A stretch of DNA of 64,000 nt from an uncultured Verrucomicrobiae bacterium (GTDB taxonomy: Bacteria; Verrucomicrobiota; Verrucomicrobiia; Chthoniobacterales; Terrimicrobiaceae). A program made the position numbers and the translations under genes. The notes under the pieces are model-generated. The model had not been told where the DNA came from. It did no database searches and saw only the letters and a list, made by a program, of their open reading frames with translations. The stretch covers positions 288,001 to 352,000 of the forward strand of contig CAVPOC010000006.1 in NCBI GenBank assembly GCA_963706955.1, written 5' to 3'. Positions 36,648 to 44,687 of the stretch are shown piece by piece (within the stretch, counting starts at the first letter, position 1; every line of letters begins with the position of its first letter).

Positions 36648-37562
36648 CTAAGCCATTCCGAACAGGCGGACGCTCTGATATTTTCCTTTTAGTTGATGGT
36701 CACCGAGATCGTTCAAATTGATACCCGGGACTGGCAAAGTCGTCAGGAAATCCTGAGAAAGGGTCAAGCGCTGGTTCAGCTGCTTCATGAGGCCTTCGAT
36801 GCGAAAGACGGTATTTACTGTGTCGCCGAGAATCGTTGCATCGCGTTGCGCAACCAAACCCACGTTCCCGCAAGTTACACTTCCGTGATGTAAAGCCACC
36901 GCGATCCGAAACGGCTTTTCCTGTGCCAATTTCCAACAGCGCTTGTCGGCGGCATTCAAGAGCTCCAACGCGCTGTCCAATGCTCCACGTGATTCGCGGC
37001 CGTCGAGTGACTCGCGGGTCCAGTAGGCCAGAACCGCATCACCGATAAACTTGTCGATGGTTCCACCGTTTTTGTGGACGATGTTTCCCGCGTCTCGGAA
37101 CCACTGGCCAAGCGTCCGCGCCAGCTCATCCTCGGGGAGAAGTTCAGATACCGTCGAGAAACCCCGGATGTCGCAAACCATGACGGCCACGACAGCGCTC
37201 TGATCATGCGTCGATTCCGGTCCGGCGGCGATTGTAACATCAAAGGTCGTGTCCTCGGAAGACTCGTCGGACTGTTCAAAGATCAGCTCAATATTGGTGA
37301 TCCGGATCACCGCTCCATGCGTCAGAATAGTCGGCGTAATCACGCGTCGACCGTTAACAAATGTTCCGTTGCGACTGCCCAGGTCCATGATCTGAAACTG
37401 ATAGGCATTATGGCACCGGATGACCGCATGCTGCCGAGAAATATGCGGGTTTGTATGCAAACTGATCGTATTCTCACGGCTCCGTCCAATCGTGGCGGTG
37501 TTGCCGATTTCCACCTCGAATGGCTCGCCCTGCGCGGGGCGCACTTTTAGTTTCGCGGGCAT
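36648..37562 (-). CDS. FHA domain + class III adenylate/guanylate cyclase
   Basis: FHA IGR...ISRQHA...DLGSRNGT; cyclase CDIRGFS, DKFIGDAV and LGDTVNTVFRIE. Confidence 0.92.
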   Translation of the reverse strand: MPAKLKVRPAQGEPFEVEIGNTATIGRSRENTISLHTNPHISRQHAVIRCHNAYQFQIMDLGSRNGTFVNGRRVITPTILTHGAVIRITNIELIFEQSDESSEDTTFDVTIAAGPESTHDQSAVVAVMVCDIRGFSTVSELLPEDELARTLGQWFRDAGNIVHKNGGTIDKFIGDAVLAYWTRESLDGRESRGALDSALELLNAADKRCWKLAQEKPFRIAVALHHGSVTCGNVGLVAQRDATILGDTVNTVFRIEGLMKQLNQRLTLSQDFLTTLPVPGINLNDLGDHQLKGKYQSVRLFGMA

Positions 37563-37674
37563 CAGGATGGTTTCTCTTCCCGGTGCGACCACACCAGGCG
37601 AGGGCTCCTTGCAGCGGTTGGCGGCATGCAGGCGGCGCGCACACGGCAAGTCAAAGGCGCCACACGTAGGGTAA

Positions 37675-38271
37675 TCATTGCGAAACCCTAGTCATAATAC
37701 GCTCAGCGTACTTGGCGAGAATATCAAACTCGAGGTTCACGCGACTGCCTTGGCTGAGCTTTTCAAGATTTGTCGCGCTGCGTGTGTGCGGAATAAGGCA
37801 AACGGAAAACGAGGCGTCGGTGAGAGAGGCGACGGTCAGGCTGACGCCGTTGACACAAATAGAGCCCTTCCAAGCAACATAGGGTGAGAAGCGTGTTGGG
37901 AGCTCAAATTCGAGCCGAAGGTCGCGCGCTACGAGATCCCGAGCGATCATCGCGGCGGTACAATCGACATGTCCTTGAACGAAGTGTCCGCCCATGCGCC
38001 CGTCGGCGCGAACGGCTCGCTCGAGGTTGATGGCGGAGCCCTTACTGAGTTCGCCGAGGTTGGTGCGTTGCAGCGTCTCGTCGAGCAGATCGAAATGAAG
38101 ATGCTCACCATCCGACTGAACAGCTGTCAAACAGCAGCCATTAACCGCCACGCTGTCTCCGACTTTGACGTGCGGCGCGATCCCCGGCGCAGTCAGCGAC
38201 AACTGGATTTTGTCCGCGCGGCGGCGAAGTTCCAGGCAAACGCCAATCTCTTCAATCAAACCCGTGAACAT
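37675..38271 (-). CDS. ribE: Riboflavin synthase (alpha-chain type)
   Basis: Invariant MFTG N-terminus at ATG 38271; GDSVAVNGCCLT, GGHFVQGHVD and KGSICVNGVSLT. Confidence 0.96.
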   Translation of the reverse strand: MFTGLIEEIGVCLELRRRADKIQLSLTAPGIAPHVKVGDSVAVNGCCLTAVQSDGEHLHFDLLDETLQRTNLGELSKGSAINLERAVRADGRMGGHFVQGHVDCTAAMIARDLVARDLRLEFELPTRFSPYVAWKGSICVNGVSLTVASLTDASFSVCLIPHTRSATNLEKLSQGSRVNLEFDILAKYAERIMTRVSQ

Positions 38272-38337
38272 CAGAAAACCTTTGAGTCCAAGAAAAACGA
38301 CCGGGGGAAAAAAGCCAAAATCCGAAACGGCCACAGC

Positions 38338-38473
38338 GCGAAGAGCGCAGGCAACCGCATCGCTAACCACGTCCGCGAAGGAGAGTTTGTCCGGAAGGAC
38401 GATGTTCTTAACGAGAGAATCGACGTCTTTGTCACCTTGGTGGACGCTTGAACCAAACGACGGCGCCCTCTGC
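38338..38473 (-). ncRNA. Candidate rod-shaped structured RNA (6S-like or cis-leader) upstream of riboflavin synthase
   Basis: Nested stems with G-U pairs that favour the - strand, an asymmetric central bubble, and a weak hairpin + U6 directly downstream (38308-38332); folded by eye only. Confidence 0.45.
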
Positions 38474-38597
38474 AACGAGAAATGAGTGTTCGGCAAAGGA
38501 AATCTTCGATTCTCGGGCTCGGGACCTGAGATTGTTTGCCGACACATGAAGATCCTGCTTTTTCATTACAAATCCACCTTCTCAGCTTTGTGAAGCA

Positions 38598-39359
38598 ATG
38601 AAATCCTGTCTGACGCGATCTCGGTTGGCTCTTTGCCTCATCTGTGCTGCGCTTTGTTCATGCGCTTCGGTTAGCCTTAAGAAAGTCGACGTTCTCACGG
38701 CTCGGGCGCCGACGAAGGCACCATCAAAGATCTTCGTGAAACCTCCCGAATTTTACGATGCCGCCGTCCGAGTGGATCGCAGCGGGGCGCGACTTGATGC
38801 CTTCAAGCATGATATGCAGGAGCGCTTCACCAGGCACCTCGTTCGTCGTCTCTCCAAACACGTGGCGCCCGCAGAGGCAGTGGCGGCAACAGCGCCGCTG
38901 CCGCGAGGAAACTTTTGGCTCATCGTTTCCAGGTTTGATCGTGTCCACCAGGGCAGCCGGATGTTGCGATCCGTCATAGGCTTCGGCGCCGGCGGAACTA
39001 AACTCGAGACGAGTGTGATGGTCTATGACCTTTCGAGGAGACCGCCGCGGCCCTTCTTGCTCCTGCAAACGACTGGGGGCTCAAACGCTGCACCAGGGGC
39101 AATTGGAACCGCGACCTATTTCGCGACCGGAGTGACGGCATTGTTCTCGGCTGGGAATCTCTTCGAGGGAACGCGTTCCGGCCTGACCTTCGACAACCTA
39201 CGAACTGTGCGTCAAATCGTCGCCGCTTTGTCGGAATACCTGGTCGAGCGCGGTGCTCTTTCTCCCGCCAAGCCGCTGCGATCCAAGCGCCTTCGCGGCG
39301 CTACCCAGCAGGCGACGGCACGCGGCGAGATTACCGTCACGCCGGCCGACGCGCGCTGA
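38598..39359 (+). CDS. DUF4410-like lipoprotein
   Basis: Lipobox ALCSC; GSRMLRSVIGFGAGGTKL motif. Confidence 0.75.
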   Translation: MKSCLTRSRLALCLICAALCSCASVSLKKVDVLTARAPTKAPSKIFVKPPEFYDAAVRVDRSGARLDAFKHDMQERFTRHLVRRLSKHVAPAEAVAATAPLPRGNFWLIVSRFDRVHQGSRMLRSVIGFGAGGTKLETSVMVYDLSRRPPRPFLLLQTTGGSNAAPGAIGTATYFATGVTALFSAGNLFEGTRSGLTFDNLRTVRQIVAALSEYLVERGALSPAKPLRSKRLRGATQQATARGEITVTPADAR

Positions 39360-39422
39360 AATCCGTCCGCAGCATGGCTGGCCCAGCGGGTTCTTGCCAG
39401 GACCGCGCAGTTGCCGCGGAAC

Positions 39423-40244
39423 TTACGAAAGCCGCACCAGGTCGCGCAGAAACTGAAACCACAGATAAAACATTCCGCGCAAGGTATAGCGAATAAGATG
39501 ATCGCCGTCTCGCGCCAGGAGGCCCACAGCGATATTATGCGCAATCTGCGCGCGCATCTCGTTCTGCATCGTGCGAATCGTCTCTTCGGGTGAAGGATCC
39601 AAGAGCGCGGCAGCATCCACATTGTGCGCACGAAGGAACCGTTCGTGGGCGACATACATATCGGAGAACGGTCCCTGGCTTGGAAATCGGTTGGTCACCA
39701 AATGCGGCTGCAACTTCAAGCCGTAGGAGAATGGATAGTTCCAGGTCATCAAAATACGCCCATCCGCCGTGCGAGAGGTGATTGTCAGATAGTAAAATGC
39801 CATGTCGTTTTGCTCACTAAGGCAAATACTCGCCTGTGTGCGGCACTGGGCATCTCGGAAGACGCGATAAAAGTGCCGATTGTCCTCGTAGTCCCAACCG
39901 ACATCCTCCAAATGCTCAAATCCTTGCTCTTCGACTTCCTCGGTCATTTCCTGAAACCCAGGAAAAGAATTCCGCGACGGGGGGGGTCGCGGGCCGAGTC
40001 TGCGTTCAATTGGGATGCGCATCCGGCGGACTCGCGTGAGAATCTCCAGCCAGGGCAGAAAAAGCCAACTGGCAGCAAGAGCCGCCCCGAGAGCGACACT
40101 TCCGCCGAGGAGCCATCCGGCGAGGAACGAGGTGATAACGATGCCCAGCGTTCCGAGCCTGAACAGCAGTCGGTGCTCAAAGGAACGCAAGGCTGCGCTG
40201 AGGACGGCTGCTCCCAGCACGAAAAGCAAGTGAGAGATGATCAA
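39423..40244 (-). CDS. Hypothetical membrane protein
   Basis: 273-aa ORF with ~3 N-terminal TM helices, overlapping the glutaredoxin stop. Confidence 0.75.
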   Translation of the reverse strand: MIISHLLFVLGAAVLSAALRSFEHRLLFRLGTLGIVITSFLAGWLLGGSVALGAALAASWLFLPWLEILTRVRRMRIPIERRLGPRPPPSRNSFPGFQEMTEEVEEQGFEHLEDVGWDYEDNRHFYRVFRDAQCRTQASICLSEQNDMAFYYLTITSRTADGRILMTWNYPFSYGLKLQPHLVTNRFPSQGPFSDMYVAHERFLRAHNVDAAALLDPSPEETIRTMQNEMRAQIAHNIAVGLLARDGDHLIRYTLRGMFYLWFQFLRDLVRLS

Positions 40245-40489
40245 GGTAGAAGGTCGTTCTCTAGCATGAAGCTCTCAAGCTGTGCGACATCAAAATCGGG
40301 CAGCACACGACCGTCGCCGGTTTCCAAGGTGGGCGTAAGAGATTGCTTCGAGATCTGCCGCATCCGGGCATAGGCGTCCGGGTCGGAGAGCACGTCGACC
40401 TCTCTAAACTGGTAACCCTTCGCTTCCAGCCAATCCACCGCTTCAATACACCACGGGCACCATGGCTTAACGTAAAGAGTCAACTCCAT
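40241..40489 (-). CDS. Glutaredoxin family protein
   Basis: CPWC active site; SKQSLTPTL cis-Pro motif. Confidence 0.9.
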   Translation of the reverse strand: MELTLYVKPWCPWCIEAVDWLEAKGYQFREVDVLSDPDAYARMRQISKQSLTPTLETGDGRVLPDFDVAQLESFMLENDLLP

Positions 40490-40558
40490 CCTCCCTATGA
40501 TCGCTTCACTTGTCGCTTGTCAGCCTCCATGTCTCGTTTAGATTGCGGATTTCCGCAA

Positions 40559-40634
40559 GGCGCATTCGTCTAGAGGCCTAGGACACGGCCCTCTCAAGGC
40601 CGGTACACGGGTTCGAATCCCGTATGCGCTGCCA
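40559..40634 (+). tRNA. tRNA-Glu (anticodon CTC)
   Basis: Acceptor GGCGCAT/ATGCGCT; anticodon arm CGGCC-CTCTCAA-GGCCG; T-loop GGTTCGAATCC; encoded CCA; 76 nt. Confidence 0.97.
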
Positions 40635-40803
40635 GTGTTCTCCAACCTCGAATTACTCTTAGAACCGCATGAATAAAGGCTGTGAGTGCGATTCCCGAGA
40701 AAAGACCAGATTGCAATTTACGCCATAGAATTGCAGAAAGTCTGTCACACTTTGTCACCGGATTGAAAGATTCGGTTAACCCTCGCTAACTCAACCCCCC
40801 ATC

Positions 40804-41578
40804 ATGCCTGCGACGATCCTTGATGAAACGGGGCACCGTGGGGAGACGGAATACGAGTTTCAACTCTTGGCGGAATATTTTGAGGTTTCGGAAACTGCGA
40901 TCAACGAAATCGAGAGATCCGAAACCAAGCGACTGGAAGAAGCGCACGCCGAAGCAGACGATGACACTAAAGTTGCTCTAGCCGGGCGCGGAGTTCTTGG
41001 AGCTTGCACAAAAATTCGTGCGAGAGTTTCCGCTTCGACGTTTGTAATGGATTCATAATTCAACTATGCAGTCTGTTCGAGACTCGTGCGCAGGGACTGT
41101 GCGGGGTGCTGGTTAAGCGCGGCATTACTTCGGCCACGGCAAAGCTATGTGACCAAAAGCACCAAAGGCTTCTGCTGACATTTCGTGACTGGATCGAGGA
41201 TAACACCCAGGCGAAATCGACCAGATGGGAACTTGTCGAAGAAATCAGGCGCATTCGCAATTGCATTTGCACATGCCAACGGCCTTGTGGGGGCGGGCGC
41301 GAAGAATATCTTAAAGTCTTGGCGCGATTCTCACCCTTAATAAAGGAGTCTATGAAGACGAGTTTGGATACATTGCTATCGGAGAGATGATTTTGCGAGT
41401 CCGCACGTGAAGAGTTGCACTGAACCTATTGAATGACATCTATCAAACCACGGGCTTTGGAGCTTCGTTCTTCCTGCGAGGCCGACGACCATCTGAAATA
41501 GTGGTAACTATCGAGCATAAGAACAACGGGATTACCTTTAGCGTCATTCCTCCCGATCAAGACTTGGAGCCTGCCTGA
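40804..41578 (+). pseudogene. Frameshifted HEPN-like (RxxxxH) gene
   Basis: Fragments IIQLCSLFE and EEIRRIRNCI; removing one T at ~41267 restores RNCIAHANG; several frameshifts; boundaries approximate. Confidence 0.55.
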
Positions 41579-41862
41579 ATCCGCAGTAAGTGCTCCCAGG
41601 CGCGGTAGTCACTTCGTAGTAGGTGGGAGTTCTTCGCACAGACCGGGCTCAAAATGACCTCACACGGCGGGAATTGAACTTTAGACGGAGAGGGAAGATA
41701 CGACAGCCCACTTAAAAGCCCTCACCCCTATTTCAAGCGGACTGTCGTTCTTGAAAATCAAGAACAGCAACCTACCACGGCAATTCTATGCGCGAAATCA
41801 GGCTCGTCCCGAGAGACGACCTAGTGCAATCTTGACATTTCCTCGGGGTTCGTATCTCATCG

Positions 41863-42022
41863 CCCCGTAGCCGCTGACAAGGCTGCCGCAAATTCTCACC
41901 CCGGCATCACGAACCGGGAGCGAATACACAAAAGAGAAAACAAGCCTGTCCTCCGATAGCCGTTCCAGGTCGTGCTGTGCGGCAACAAGGTGTCAGCCTT
42001 CGGGGGGCAGGCTTGTTCTTTT
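41863..42022 (+). ncRNA. C4/CI-like antisense RNA and target leader (phage-satellite immunity-type switch)
   Basis: Two leader hairpins whose loops are complementary to sites inside an 18-bp-stem structure (41939-41956/42000-42017); upstream TTGACA at 41832. Confidence 0.5.
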
Positions 42023-42029
42023 AAACACC

Positions 42030-42445
42030 ATGAACAACGACAAGATTACCATCACGATAACCCTTCCGAAGCGTCTCGCAGACAAACTGCGCGAGGTAGA
42101 CCGAATTATCAGCAACCATGACCTCGGTCGAACGCTCGCGGAAATCGTGTGGATGAAACATGGAGAGAACTTACAGATCCCACATCTGAGGCAATTATCG
42201 ACCTCATCGACGACAAGCAATGGCGGTCTAGGTCGGAATGCGAGAAGGCGAAAGCGGTAGTTGCCGCCGAGCTTAAGGACTGGCCAATCGAGATTGAAAA
42301 AAGCGCGGGCGGATGGCGCATACGCGTCTTGTGGTCCGCTCGATGGCACGCCCTCTGGAAATACTGCCAAAGCGAATGGGCTAGACTTACGATGAGGCTC
42401 ACGAGAGCTCTACTACTGCTCGTTGGGCCGTCTAGCGAACCTTAA
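42030..42445 (+). pseudogene. Small protein with a ribbon-helix-helix-like N-terminus, split by a 2-nt (TG) duplication at ~42149
   Basis: MNNDKITITITLPKRLADKL...AEIV joins DETWRELTDP... if one TG is removed from GTGTGGAT. Confidence 0.5.
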
Positions 42446-42452
42446 CCACAAG

Positions 42453-42543
42453 AAGCCCCGGTTGCCACAAGCGCCGGGGCTTATTTCTTCCTGAAAAGGA
42501 AGCAGCCCGGAGGAGTTCGGACGAAGAATAACCCGGGCTGCTT
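42453..42543. terminator. Back-to-back terminator-like hairpins
   Basis: AAGCCCCGG/CCGGGGCTT (42453-42482) with a T-rich tail on +; AAGCAGCCCGG/CCGGGCTGCTT (42500-42543) with a T-rich tail on -. Confidence 0.6.
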
Positions 42544-42865
42544 GGGAACTGCGTGTTGTCACTTGCAGACGGTTCTACTTTTACACTGACGCGCAGGTTT
42601 GCGCATATAGGGTGTTCACCCCATCGAGATTCGGATTTCGCCATATATGCTTCCTAAAGGAAATGGACTCCTCGCCGCCCAAAATTCATGTCAGCAAAAT
42701 TGGATGTGGCGGTAGGTATATTTGGTTCAGGTCAATGGTCTCGATGCCGACTGACCAAGAAATGATCGGATGGGTTCCGCGATATCGGGAAGAATCGTTT
42801 CAACGCGGCGCCAGAGACCCCCTTGTCGTTGACGTGGAGCGAGACCAACTTCGGGAGCCAGCCGG

Positions 42866-43322
42866 CTACAGCTTAGGAATACTCCCAGCACCGTCTGAGA
42901 CCGTCGCGCTTTGTTTAACCGGTGCGTGCATGTTCTTCTGCTTCTCCAGGTGGGCCGCATAATGCTTTGCAGCGTCTAAAATCAATGGTTGCCGGCCTAA
43001 AACCTTGTAAGCGTCCGCATATTCACGCGCCACTTGTGAGAGGGGAATGCTTATGCCCCTTAGAATCTCTACCGCATCGGTCACGACCGCCACTTGTCGA
43101 GGGGTGAGGGGGCCAACGTGCGCGGTGCCTTTGGTAAACTCCTCAATCTTGCTTTTAGCGAAAGCCCGCGTCTCTTCGATGCGTAGTGCCTGCTCTATCT
43201 CGCTTCCGCTTCCGTCGGCGTAATAGCTTACAATGTAATTTTCCCTGCCGCGCTGCTGGCGCTGAATAGATGGGGATCTCGATACCTTTTGTCCTGACTA
43301 CTTCGATGGGGCCGGTTTTCAT
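42866..43322 (-). pseudogene. N-terminal relic of a probable tyrosine integrase (catalytic domain missing)
   Basis: Frameshift-joined reading MKTGPIEVV...IPIYSAP/RGRENYIVSYYADG/KRKRDRAGT/IEETRAFAKSKIEEF...VAREYADAYKVL...DAAKHY; starts ~50 bp from attR. Confidence 0.6.
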
Positions 43323-43413
43323 TGTCACACATTTGTCACACAGGCTTATTTCAGTCAAGTTTTCTCTGTAAAACACACGGGTTCGAATCCCGTATGCGCT
43401 GCCACTGGACGCC

Positions 43414-43443
43414 AGTTGAGAGTTCATAGTTAAGAGTTGAGAG
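43414..43443. repeat. Four 7-bp tandem repeats AGTTNAN
   Basis: AGTTGAG AGTTCAT AGTTAAG AGTTGAG AG, just after attR. Confidence 0.7.
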
Positions 43444-44375
43444 GGCAAGTGCATTTTGCGCGCACTGGCGGGTAAATGAACCTGCGAGGTTAGCACTTCT
43501 TCTAACGCCTGCGAAATTGCGGAGCGAAACTCCGAATCCTCTAAGTCGAATTACGCTATAATGGCATCCGACTGCGCGGGACAACATCGTCAGGTAGGTG
43601 CTAAACTATTTGCGCGGTTGGGATAGTTTCAGGAACGCGCTTGTCTTATTCGCGGGAAGTTGCAAAAAAATTAGCGGGTTGCCTCGCCATAGCAACGAAG
43701 TATGTCTGTAACTCGGCAACCCGCTTGACGTAAGCAGCCAGGGCGAACTGAGCTACCTACTTTCTGCTGTCGTGAACGGTGCGTGTCTACACAAGTTGCG
43801 GTTCTTCGAAAATCGGGGCAAGCCCTGTTAGAAGCCTCAGGCGTGGACCTCGCTTTCGAGAGTTGACGGTGGCTGAACAGGGCCCAAAATCTTGAGGAAG
43901 CGTCCAACCCAGAAGACCCGAAAGACCCAGACAGTTTGACGACGGCTGCGGTCTTGCTGAAAAATTGTCGGGCCCATGTACAGATGTCACGGGCATTTGA
44001 GTTAAAGGATAACAACCTTTGCGACGCGCGCTTTGACACGCCAAGCCGGCCCACTGCCCCTATGGGCAGGCAGAGATTAGCAAGTTGAGGTTAAGGTTGC
44101 CCAAGGGTAGGTGTCGCCCCGTTTGCCCTGCTTGGTTAGCCTTGCGTAATTTCATGCCCGACAATGTGATATTCCGACAAGAAGTAATTATTTCTGGCCA
44201 TCAACCGACTTGTCGAAGCGAGCACCCACTGATAATTTTCGAGGAGGGCGCCTGAGACCCGCCAGCCACGGTAGTTATCTTCAGGAGGATAGAGAATACC
44301 GATGAGAGGAGGACCCTGCGTCAGGGGTTCCACACTTTTGATTTCTGAGAGTACAAACGTTTTCCGAGAAATGTC

Positions 44376-44402
44376 TTGCCAATGAACAGATGTTTATAGA
44401 AT
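44376..44402 (+). promoter_or_regulatory. Putative promoter of the polyol operon, with a palindromic operator in the spacer
   Basis: TTGCCA-15-TAGAAT; ATGAACA-GA-TGTTTAT near-palindrome at 44382-44397. Confidence 0.5.
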
Positions 44403-44687
44403 TTCCCTCTCATCACCGGGAAGCAAAGCTGCCCTGTCAACGGAACGACGCCCCAGACAATCTCTCTAACCCGTTTGTGCGATCGGTATCGTCATGAAAA
44501 AACATGTCGCGACCCATGAAATAGGGCGAATGGCCGATTGCTCGATGGGTCGGAAATTGACCACAGACGAAGTGTGAAATCAAACTCACCTCTCCTATGC
44601 TGAAGTCCGAGTTCCTTTCGCGCCGGAAAGATCACCGTTCGGCCCTTCGCCCGTCTGAGTTGGCCGAGTCATTTGCCAGAAGTCCGT

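Larger units (their letters stand above)
40605..43404. mobile_element. Decayed integrative element inserted at the 3' end of tRNA-Glu (attL 40605-40634, attR 43375-43404)
   Basis: Perfect 30-bp direct repeat ACACGGGTTCGAATCCCGTATGCGCTGCCA; paired TGTCAC(AC) repeats near both ends; integrase-like relic next to attR; fragmented ORFs inside. Confidence 0.9.

Noticed and set aside
38272..38597. FMN riboswitch, tmRNA or tRNA upstream of ribE
   Set aside because: The RFN consensus blocks are missing and there is no tRNA-like acceptor or T-arm; kept only as an unclassified structured RNA.
43375..43404. A second tRNA gene
   Set aside because: Only the T-arm and 3' acceptor strand are present, so this is attR.
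43671..44333. Short ORFs 43671-44054, 43787-44044 and 44136-44333
   Set aside because: No recognisable motifs and non-ATG or weak starts; I cannot support them as genes.
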